Positions 38,887-46,430 of a stretch of DNA of 59,853 nt are shown piece by piece (the first letter of the stretch is position 1; each line of letters begins with the position of its first letter). This stretch comes from Escherichia phage KS_A8. The translations under genes and the position numbers were made by a program. The stretch lies in sequence record PP627279.1; one strand, 5' to 3'. A model generated the notes under the pieces. The model did no database searches and was not told where the DNA came from. It saw only the letters and a list, made by a program, of their open reading frames with translations.

Positions 38887-39759
38887 TTACTGCTGCCACG
38901 GCGGGACTGCTGCTTGTGCCGGATGCGGTTCAGCTTGCTGCTGTGGCTGCGCTTGCTGCTGCGGTGCCGCTGCCTGACCCGGCTGTGCTACCTGCTGCGC
39001 CCACGGCTGCTGAGATGCTTCCGGCGCTACTGGCTGTTGTACCGGAGCTTGCTGAACTGGCTGCTGTGGCGCTGCGTTTTGAGCAGGGTTATCCCACGGC
39101 TGCGGTGCGGCATTCTGCCACGGTTGAGCTGCTGCGCCCTGCTGCGGTGCTGGTTGCTGAACAGGCTGCTGTTGCTGTACCGGAGCTTGCTGCTGTACAG
39201 GTGCTTGCTGTTGCTGAGCAAACGGGTTAGCTGCTGGCTGCTGCGGTGCTGCGCCCGGGAATGCCGGCTGCTGTGCTGGCGCACCTGCACCGAACGGGTT
39301 AGCTACTGCTACTTGAGCACCCATTGATGGAGCCTCTGCTGCTTTTTCTGCATATTTAACCGGATCGTTAATGTTAGCATAACCGTTAGGCTCGTTGCTG
39401 TCTTCATAACCTTCCTGAGAACGAACTTTCAGACGCAGGTTCAGCGGAATGTTATGCAATTGAGCAGGAGTATCCCAGCGAATTACACCAACTGCATGAG
39501 ATAGAGCGCCCAGTTGCTCGTAAGCGATACGCACAGTATCTTCGTTGTCATTGATGACGTTATAACGAGCAAAGATTTTACGCCCTTTAGCAAAACCGTC
39601 AATGATGCTAAACGTTACCTGGATCGCCATACCGCCATTTTTGGTCGGTTTAAATTCAGATGCTTCAATTACTGCTTTATACCAACCTTTCGGCAATGCG
39701 CCGTAAGAAGGTGCTTGATAGCTGCTCGCGTCAAAGTGGAAATTAGTTGGCATAGTCAT
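38887..39759 (-). CDS. putative ssDNA-binding protein (DUF669-like) with Gln/Pro/Ala-rich tail
   Basis: 290 aa; globular ~140-aa N-terminal domain then low-complexity tail (QQPAFPGAAPQQPAANPFAQQQQAPVQQQAPVQQQQPVQQ...); next to Sak4-like ATPase and exonuclease. Confidence 0.35.
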   Translation of the reverse strand: MTMPTNFHFDASSYQAPSYGALPKGWYKAVIEASEFKPTKNGGMAIQVTFSIIDGFAKGRKIFARYNVINDNEDTVRIAYEQLGALSHAVGVIRWDTPAQLHNIPLNLRLKVRSQEGYEDSNEPNGYANINDPVKYAEKAAEAPSMGAQVAVANPFGAGAPAQQPAFPGAAPQQPAANPFAQQQQAPVQQQAPVQQQQPVQQPAPQQGAAAQPWQNAAPQPWDNPAQNAAPQQPVQQAPVQQPVAPEASQQPWAQQVAQPGQAAAPQQQAQPQQQAEPHPAQAAVPPWQQ

Positions 39760-40487
39760 TAGTTGATACCTTTCATTTTGTTGATAACAGAACCTAAGTG
39801 TGGGACTTCAACCGCATCTAAACGTCCCGAACGATCCTTAGCGATTGTATTAAAGTCCGGTTGAGTTTGCAAGTAACGATATGAGTTACCTTGCTGATCC
39901 TTATTTACATTCAGACGAAACACTTCGTCGAAGAAGTAAGGGAGCATTTGCCCCAATTTGGACCCAGGCATAGATGGAGCATACGCGGTAACACCGGAGA
40001 CTTCATCTTTGTCTTTGCCCATTTTAGCAGACATATAAACATGTTTGCCAGGAATATCGCGAAATTTACGGATCAGATCTTGCATCTTTTCAAGCAAAGT
40101 ACCATAAGCTTGACGAGGATCTTTTGTTCCTTTTTTCGCATTGTTTAAACATTGTTCAGCAATTTCGCTCAAGCTGTCAAGCGCAATAGAATCGAAATAC
40201 TGCTGGTTAGCTGGAGTTACACACCACTGATAAGCAGCTTCAACGTCCTCCAGACATTTAACTTCAATAACTGGGATATCATAAACGATCGGCAATCCCA
40301 TATTACCATAAACGCGATTAAGGTTTTCCGCTGCAATAGATAACAGACCGGACTCTGCGCTGATCAAAATTGGTTTAGGTAGTGTGGCTACAAGGCTGGT
40401 TTTACCCATACCCGCTTCACCGTAAACCAGAATTTTAACGCCTGTGTCTTGCACTACTTGTGAAGACATTTTAATTTCAATGGCCAT
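39759..40487 (-). CDS. Sak4-like RecA-fold ATPase (recombination)
   Basis: 242 aa; Walker A VYGEAGMGKTSL near N-terminus; typical size and neighbourhood for phage Sak4-like proteins. Confidence 0.5.
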   Translation of the reverse strand: MAIEIKMSSQVVQDTGVKILVYGEAGMGKTSLVATLPKPILISAESGLLSIAAENLNRVYGNMGLPIVYDIPVIEVKCLEDVEAAYQWCVTPANQQYFDSIALDSLSEIAEQCLNNAKKGTKDPRQAYGTLLEKMQDLIRKFRDIPGKHVYMSAKMGKDKDEVSGVTAYAPSMPGSKLGQMLPYFFDEVFRLNVNKDQQGNSYRYLQTQPDFNTIAKDRSGRLDAVEVPHLGSVINKMKGIN

Positions 40488-40552
40488 TTAACGCCTCTCT
40501 TTTAAGTTCGTGCTCATTGTAACGTAATATACTTTGAACCCTCAATTACTTT

Positions 40553-41467
40553 TTAATCTAATGCCTGATCACTTTCATCGCGGAAATGCATAAAGTTAGC
40601 AAAACGCGGTTTATCTTTAACACCATGAGGGAAGTGTTTATATGAAATAGTCCGACCTTTAATCTTGTCAGGGTTATTCCAATAATAAATCTTATCCTCT
40701 TGCGTTAATTTACCAGGACTAACGTTGATTGTATTGCCCGTCTTAACGTCTTTACAAACAAGCGTCCCGATCATACCGTTAGGAACTTTATTTTCCTGAT
40801 GTGAAGATCGTGTAGTCCTTCCCAGCTCGTTAACGGTAGCTTCATTAAGATTAGTTTCACCCTCAATAATATCGAGGACAATAGCGTCTTCCTGAATAAA
40901 GCGTTTAATACGAAGATATCCACCTTCTCGAACTGTACCGCGCCCATGCTTATAAGGCTTTTCAGGATCGCGGATAATAATACCTTCATAACCCATATCA
41001 AGCCAGATGTTTTCCCAGTAGAGCAGCTCTTGCAAAGTCTTAACCACATACATTGGCACAACTTGCAGATCGAGCAGTTCACCTTTCGCGTGCTGTGTGG
41101 TTATAAAATCTTTCATCATGTTGTAGCGTGCTTCATAGCCCATCTCTGCAACACTTTCAGCACACAGATCAAAGATGTGCCATTTCAGGAACGGTTCACC
41201 TTCAATTGTGTTTACTGCACTGGTTGTTTTACGACACAGGTCCGGATCTGTCTCCACCCCTGCCGCAAGTTCACCGTCATAGCCCATGTACTGGGGACCG
41301 CTGAAAATTGCGCTTGTATGGCGGTTTTTAAACAGCTTTAAGCTGCGCCCTACTATTTGCCCATCCGGATTTAAACCGCGTACACCGTCGATTTTAGGCA
41401 GTATGCAGCACGGAAACTTAATCTTTTCTTCAACAGCGTCAGTCGCTAAATGTGGTTTGAATGCCAT
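40553..41467 (-). CDS. ATP-dependent DNA ligase
   Basis: Adenylation motif I LPKIDGVRG; about 300 aa as in small phage ligases; start set at MAFKPH (RBS GAGG); alternative ATG at 41479. Confidence 0.8.
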   Translation of the reverse strand: MAFKPHLATDAVEEKIKFPCCILPKIDGVRGLNPDGQIVGRSLKLFKNRHTSAIFSGPQYMGYDGELAAGVETDPDLCRKTTSAVNTIEGEPFLKWHIFDLCAESVAEMGYEARYNMMKDFITTQHAKGELLDLQVVPMYVVKTLQELLYWENIWLDMGYEGIIIRDPEKPYKHGRGTVREGGYLRIKRFIQEDAIVLDIIEGETNLNEATVNELGRTTRSSHQENKVPNGMIGTLVCKDVKTGNTINVSPGKLTQEDKIYYWNNPDKIKGRTISYKHFPHGVKDKPRFANFMHFRDESDQALD

Positions 41468-41475
41468 TGTTAACC

Positions 41476-42099
41476 TCATTCATAATAATCATGTTGATGG
41501 GAACTGCTGCGTATACCGCAACGTTCTAAAAGTATTGCAGCTTTTTGAGCTTTCTCTTTCATACGGGTATTACGGCGTAAATGTCCGCTACCCTTTTTAG
41601 GTCTATTTTCCTTTTTCTTTGCTTCGGAAATAAGCTCTTTGCATTCTTGCAAACGGATCTTACTTCTTTCCAATCGCATAGCAGAACGCGCACGTTCATC
41701 ACAAAATCTTTGAGCTTTGCTACGCTGGTCCTGATTACTTGTATGACCTTTAACGTGGCGAAACTCAATAGTAAGGTTATATTTACGAAGTTGATCGTTC
41801 AACCATTTGAAAGCTGTACCTTCCTGTTCGCTTTTCCAGCTTGCCTCTTTATACACTTTAATAGCTGTTGAACAATCTGTTTGCACAATTAAATGATCAC
41901 CCGATTGAATTAAATTAGCCTTCATCCCCTCCCAAATAACATTACAGATTGCCATTGTTTCAGCTGCATTATTATCAGGAGCTCCACGTAACGGCCCACC
42001 GTTAGCGTTATTTCCACGGTTACAGACTACCCATCCACCATATCCCGCGGCTTTTGTATTTGGGCAAAAACTTGCATCAGAAATAATTGTTACTCTCAT
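41476..42099 (-). CDS. ribonuclease H (RNase HI-like) with basic C-terminal extension
   Basis: MRVTIISDASF, AAETMAI, LIVQTDCS and RHVKGH fit the RNase HI D-E-D-H pattern; RBS AAGGAAAAAC. Confidence 0.55.
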   Translation of the reverse strand: MRVTIISDASFCPNTKAAGYGGWVVCNRGNNANGGPLRGAPDNNAAETMAICNVIWEGMKANLIQSGDHLIVQTDCSTAIKVYKEASWKSEQEGTAFKWLNDQLRKYNLTIEFRHVKGHTSNQDQRSKAQRFCDERARSAMRLERSKIRLQECKELISEAKKKENRPKKGSGHLRRNTRMKEKAQKAAILLERCGIRSSSHQHDYYE

Positions 42100-42110
42100 T
42101 GTTTTTCCTT

Positions 42111-42136
42111 AATAAAAAGGGGGTCGAAAGACCCCC
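42111..42136 (-). terminator. intrinsic terminator upstream of the RNase H gene
   Basis: GGGGGTC-GAAA-GACCCCC hairpin; on the minus strand followed by TTTTTTATT. Confidence 0.5.
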
Positions 42137-42143
42137 TTGTAAG

Positions 42144-42374
42144 TTATGCAGGAATAGATTCTTCCGGTTCTTCAGGGATCACGATTTCAATCTCTTCTTC
42201 ATTTTGGAAGGTTAGACGGAAACCATCTCCTGGGCGCCCGAAAGCAAAGGTAAGGGCTATCGTATTATCCTGCTCGTAATGACAGATACTTTCTACTTTC
42301 ATTTCGTTACCGTAAAAGTCACGGTAAATCATTCCAGGAAGCGCATCGGTCGCTTTGATCTTTCTTACAGCCAT
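42144..42374 (-). CDS. hypothetical protein
   Basis: 76-aa ORF. Confidence 0.3.
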   Translation of the reverse strand: MAVRKIKATDALPGMIYRDFYGNEMKVESICHYEQDNTIALTFAFGRPGDGFRLTFQNEEEIEIVIPEEPEESIPA

Positions 42375-42385
42375 TATTCCCCCGT

Positions 42386-43177
42386 TTACAGTTTGTCTTT
42401 GAACTCTTCGATATATTGCTCGATCGGATACTGCTTGCGTTTGAAACGATCAAACAAGATTTTAGCAGATTCTACGTCTTCGTCGCTCTCTTTACTTGCG
42501 CCCGGTGCCATAAAATCACGCCATGTAAAACCGTTCAGATTATGCATCTTAGCGATGTGTTTATTGTAACGACTTTCCCAGTCCACACGCGGACCTTCCA
42601 TCTTGCGTAAACCGCGCCCAAGCACCTGTACATACAGATCTTTCTGACGTTGTACAGCTTCACCATTATAAGGTCCGGTTTTAAACTCAACAACACTACC
42701 GTTAAGATCTGCACCATCCGCAAAGTTGTGTAGCATAGTTTCAATAACGTCATTCAATGTTGGAACCGTCACTTTGCCCTGGGCAATGCCTGCCAAATAA
42801 CCGACGTTTTCTTCACCGTACAACTCGATCAGTTCTTTCTTGGTTGCTTCTGCTTCTTTGTTTGCGGACAAAGCCAACATCTGTTGTTCGAACATGTGTT
42901 CCTGTTCCAGGAAGTGAGCATAGCGCTCTTCATCCACTTTGCAGACAATCCATTTGTATTCAACATCCTTGCTGAAGTCCGGATACTGATCTACTTCTAC
43001 TACTTCCGTAGTAAAGAACTTGCCGTTATATTGAATAACAACTGTATCGCCCGGCTGCAATTCGTCACTTTCCAGAGCACGGTAGGTATAAAGGCGACCA
43101 CCCGCTTCAAACTTAACTTTGACAGTTACAACGCCTTTTAACAGAGCATGATAAGCTTTCTGAAATTCTTTACGCAT
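42386..43177 (-). CDS. hypothetical protein
   Basis: 263-aa ORF; no motif recognised. Confidence 0.3.
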   Translation of the reverse strand: MRKEFQKAYHALLKGVVTVKVKFEAGGRLYTYRALESDELQPGDTVVIQYNGKFFTTEVVEVDQYPDFSKDVEYKWIVCKVDEERYAHFLEQEHMFEQQMLALSANKEAEATKKELIELYGEENVGYLAGIAQGKVTVPTLNDVIETMLHNFADGADLNGSVVEFKTGPYNGEAVQRQKDLYVQVLGRGLRKMEGPRVDWESRYNKHIAKMHNLNGFTWRDFMAPGASKESDEDVESAKILFDRFKRKQYPIEQYIEEFKDKL

Positions 43178-43218
43178 TTTAGTTTCCTCTTGGGCAGATC
43201 GACCGCCCGTTAATGTGG

Positions 43219-43629
43219 TTAGGCTTTATTCGGCACAATTTCCAGAGACGCGGAACCAACTTTCGATTCAACGCACTGGTTAAAGACGGCGGCTTGCTCC
43301 GCTGTAAGTTTACGCCAAGCCGCAACTTTCAACACAGGTTTATTTTCCACAAGCTGATCAACGTTAACACCAACTTTAATCAGATCGCCCAGGATTCCGT
43401 TAAGGCTTGGAAGATCAATTTTGCGATCAATCTTGTGAGTCATTTTCATAACCCCGCCAGTAATTTCAACCTTATTAGTCCCTTCAGATGGAGCAGGGAA
43501 ATAGGACTTAATAATCTTTTCGCGTAGTGCTCGCTCGCGAGCTTGAAGCTTTTGTAATTCTGCTTTGGTTTTATACCACTCAATTACATCTGCTTCTGTT
43601 GCTTGTACTGCTTTATCTGCGTCGAACAT
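43219..43629 (-). CDS. hypothetical protein
   Basis: Start set at MFDADKAV (RBS GAGGA); 136 aa. Confidence 0.3.
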   Translation of the reverse strand: MFDADKAVQATEADVIEWYKTKAELQKLQARERALREKIIKSYFPAPSEGTNKVEITGGVMKMTHKIDRKIDLPSLNGILGDLIKVGVNVDQLVENKPVLKVAAWRKLTAEQAAVFNQCVESKVGSASLEIVPNKA

Positions 43630-43870
43630 TTTTCTATCCTCTGTTGTGTTTCGATGTATGTATAATAGCACATCCATGTGACAGGGCAAGACTCAATCTG
43701 TATCAATTAATCTTTTTAAACGGATTAGTAATCTAGCAACCTTCCTCCATTCGGCATCCTCCATTAATGGTGAAGGCTTATACGCTTCAGGTATCGGACA
43801 AGGTATATAGGGTTCCATGTCAGATATTACTTGCTTTGATAACTTTTTCTTCCGTTTACCCATAAATAGC

Positions 43871-44527
43871 CTATTTCAAATAGCGGGAAGTCATAATTGG
43901 ATGCAAAGACACTTCTTCCTCAGATGTAACCACATCAGTGGCAGGTACAAAGTTGTTGGACTGCTCGTCTCCACGTTTCCACCCTTTGCCGTTACCCTTT
44001 TTAAGTTCGCCCGTACCAGTGGACCCAAAGCCATTGGCACCGCGCTCAGTGCTCTTAAGCTCGTCCACTTCTACCAGTTGCACGCTGGGCAGCTTAATAA
44101 GCATAGCTTGCGCAATGCGATCACCATGATTGACAGTAAAACTACCATCGTTATCAATAGTAATCTTAACCTTAACTTCTCCAGTGTAGTCGCTATCAAT
44201 GACCCCCACGCAGTTTGCTAGACGCACGTCGTTTTTGAATCCGTGTCCACTCCGGGAATAGACCATAAGCGCGTGACCTTCAGGAATATCAAACGCCAAT
44301 CCTGTGCGGAATATGTGCTCGTAAGAGAAAATAATTTGCTCACATCCATCTTCACTCTTAAGATCCGCGTGCAGGTCAAAGCAAGCTGCCCCCGCACTGG
44401 CAAACGATGGAAGAATTGCGCTGTCTGTTAAGCGTTTCACCCCGAGAAGAGTTGGCGCAAAGGATGCAGCAGTTATGCTAGAATTAGTCACAGAAATAGT
44501 GTGCATGTTATTTAATATGTCAGTCAT
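43871..44527 (-). CDS. dut: dUTP diphosphatase (dUTPase) with N-terminal extension
   Basis: Motifs GVIDSDYTGEV and RGANGFGSTG; RBS AAGGTGA; about 65 extra N-terminal residues relative to a typical ~150-aa dUTPase. Confidence 0.85.
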   Translation of the reverse strand: MTDILNNMHTISVTNSSITAASFAPTLLGVKRLTDSAILPSFASAGAACFDLHADLKSEDGCEQIIFSYEHIFRTGLAFDIPEGHALMVYSRSGHGFKNDVRLANCVGVIDSDYTGEVKVKITIDNDGSFTVNHGDRIAQAMLIKLPSVQLVEVDELKSTERGANGFGSTGTGELKKGNGKGWKRGDEQSNNFVPATDVVTSEEEVSLHPIMTSRYLK

Positions 44528-44536
44528 AATTTCACC

Positions 44537-45004
44537 TTATTGGATTGAACCGCGATTAATTAGCCATTGTTTCGCGTGCGCTTTAAAAATAATGCGGTAG
44601 TCATCAAGACTAATTTCCGCGCGGATGGAATCTTTAACTTCATACCACTGCCATTCACCATTACTGAAGACAACCGGATTAAGTGGTAGAACAACCTTCC
44701 ATCCTTTACGTTCTATTTTATACATCAGAACTGGATATCTGCCAAGCTCTTTAGCAGATTGAACAGTCTGCTTCCACCATGTGTTTACTTGTGGTGTAGC
44801 ATGGTTTTTTACTTCAACTGCATGGTGACATGTATTGCTAATGTCGCAACCACCGACCGCACTTTGATTCTGGTTACGCTGAGCAATAGGTTTTTCCGGT
44901 AACTGCATCCCCAGCTCTGCGTAGATTTCGGCATAAATTGCATTAAAGAAATCACATACTTCCCGCTCACCGCGTTGACCTTTAGCGCGAATATTTACTG
45001 CCAT
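44537..45004 (-). CDS. PD-(D/E)XK nuclease, Holliday-junction resolvase-like (putative)
   Basis: Start set at MAVNI (RBS GGAGA); GQRGEREV...GGCDIS...VEVKN fits an E...D...ExK nuclease core. Confidence 0.35.
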   Translation of the reverse strand: MAVNIRAKGQRGEREVCDFFNAIYAEIYAELGMQLPEKPIAQRNQNQSAVGGCDISNTCHHAVEVKNHATPQVNTWWKQTVQSAKELGRYPVLMYKIERKGWKVVLPLNPVVFSNGEWQWYEVKDSIRAEISLDDYRIIFKAHAKQWLINRGSIQ

Positions 45005-45076
45005 GTTTGTCTCCATAACTTTAATGTAAAACACTTCATAAAGAATTTTATATTGAAGTTATGTTGATCGCAAGGA

Positions 45077-45108
45077 ACAAAAAAGCCCAGGCATAAGGAT
45101 TCCTGGGC
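45077..45108 (-). terminator. intrinsic terminator inside the early block
   Basis: GCCCAGG-N10-CCTGGGC hairpin; on the minus strand followed by TTTTTTGTT. Confidence 0.5.
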
Positions 45109-45109
45109 T

Positions 45110-45421
45110 CTCTTGATTGTCGGATAGCTTACTTTGACTGCCGTCTTCGTCTACCCTGGCCTACTTGTACAGCCTCGCCAAAGGCTGGTGACGGTTTGGT
45201 ACATCTGGCGCCGTCTCGTTAAACATCGTTTACATCGTTCAGTAAGTTGCGGGTTTACCCTGTCCGCTCCAGGAAGCCCAGCGAAAGTAGTTGCTGTAAG
45301 GAGGTACAGCTACCGCTTTCAAGGGCTTGAGTTAAGCATCGTTCACTAAGTTAATGTTGTTAAATTGTTAAACCTCGTTAACTGTGGTTATCTTAAAGGA
45401 TGCAGTCTTGAATGGCAAGCT
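45110..45421 (-). other. about 310-nt non-coding, repeat-bearing region ending in a terminator (candidate ncRNA or protein-binding array)
   Basis: No convincing ORF on the gene strand; three CATCGTT copies (45224, 45233, 45337) and two CTCGTTAA copies (45215, 45374). Confidence 0.3.
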
Positions 45422-45739
45422 TCAATTTTGCGCGGTTCCCTTTGCCGCTTTTGGCGCTAAAGTACCATCATTTAACATCAACTCAAAACCTGTTACTTGA
45501 TCGGTTGGAACAATAGGGTAATTCATGATAGCCATGTGGATACGACACCCTCCGTCGCATTCATCGATGTATTCATTACCCCAATAGTATAAATGACCAT
45601 CTCTTCGAATATCCATTGCCGTCGGGAAATCTACAAGAATTCTTTTAATTTCTTTTCGTCCTTCTTTATGCAGATTAGTTTCAATACGGATAAGCTCCGC
45701 ATAAATTGCTTCACAGATAGTATTTACAATTCCCATCAT
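45422..45739 (-). CDS. hypothetical protein
   Basis: 105-aa ORF with Cys pair CDGGC. Confidence 0.3.
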   Translation of the reverse strand: MMGIVNTICEAIYAELIRIETNLHKEGRKEIKRILVDFPTAMDIRRDGHLYYWGNEYIDECDGGCRIHMAIMNYPIVPTDQVTGFELMLNDGTLAPKAAKGTAQN

Positions 45740-45933
45740 TTACCCCTTAAGTTTTGAATCATTCTATCGCAGGCAGCTTTTACAGAGGAGTTCTGCCAGT
45801 CTTCTTCAATTTGTGAAGGTTCTTCAGGCGAATAAGCAGCACTAATTAGACACTGATTATAACCTTCAATATAAGCTTGCTTTGCGGTATCTATTATTGC
45901 TTGTAAAGCAATATTAAATAATTGTTGATCCAT
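45736..45933 (-). CDS. hypothetical protein
   Basis: Start set at MDQQLF (RBS GAGGTG); 65 aa; the upstream part of the track ORF lacks an RBS and is hydrophobic junk. Confidence 0.3.
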   Translation of the reverse strand: MDQQLFNIALQAIIDTAKQAYIEGYNQCLISAAYSPEEPSQIEEDWQNSSVKAACDRMIQNLRGK

Positions 45934-45941
45934 CTCACACC

Positions 45942-46016
45942 TCACAGAATATACATAAACCAGAAATAACCAGCTACGAAAATAGCACCCGCAAATAATT
46001 TTAAAAGCTCGAACAT
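45942..46016 (-). CDS. 24-aa hydrophobic micropeptide (putative)
   Basis: ATG preceded by GGAGGGAACA; encodes MFELLKLFAGAIFVAGYFWFMYIL; its stop overlaps the RBS of the next gene. Confidence 0.2.
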   Translation of the reverse strand: MFELLKLFAGAIFVAGYFWFMYIL

Positions 46017-46174
46017 TGTTCCCTCCGTTAACTTTATGCTGTAAGTATAGCAGGACTTGCGATGTATGCAACAACTTTAGACTTGAAATGCATCTATAAA
46101 ATAGCACGATTTGCCTTTACATCTGATCAGTCTAACTGTACTATTAACCCATAAACAGAGCGGAGGATTACAAA

Positions 46175-46399
46175 ATGGTCATGCTGAATAAAGTATATAG
46201 CACAATGGGCGCGGATTATAAAGTTGTACGTCACCCGCGTACTGGCAAATTTGAAGCATATCTCCGTCCAATGGGTGAAGGTTGGATGTATTACGGTACT
46301 TATGACGACGCTGAGCAAGCTTATAAAGAAGCGGAAAGTGCGGCGGAAGCATCCGAAATTATGGCAAGGTACGACGTCGATGATTACTATCTCAACTAA
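46175..46399 (+). CDS. hypothetical protein (plus-strand gene inside the minus-strand block)
   Basis: 74 aa, RBS GGAGGATTACAAA, followed directly by a hairpin terminator. Confidence 0.4.
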   Translation: MVMLNKVYSTMGADYKVVRHPRTGKFEAYLRPMGEGWMYYGTYDDAEQAYKEAESAAEASEIMARYDVDDYYLN

Positions 46400-46403
46400 C
46401 AAT

Positions 46404-46430
46404 AAAGGGCCGAAAGGCCCTTTATTTATT
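46404..46430. terminator. bidirectional intrinsic terminator
   Basis: AAAGGGCC-GAAA-GGCCCTTT hairpin followed by ATTTATT. Confidence 0.55.

Noticed and set aside
38914-39327. Plus-strand ORFs (137 and 104 aa) rich in Leu/Arg/Cys or Ala/Pro
   Set aside because: Artefacts of the GCTGCTG-type repeats encoding the Q/P/A tail of the minus-strand SSB-like gene.
45134-45349. 71-aa plus-strand ORF in the repeat-bearing intergenic region
   Set aside because: No RBS, opposite to flanking genes, overlaps repeats and the terminator context; more likely non-coding.
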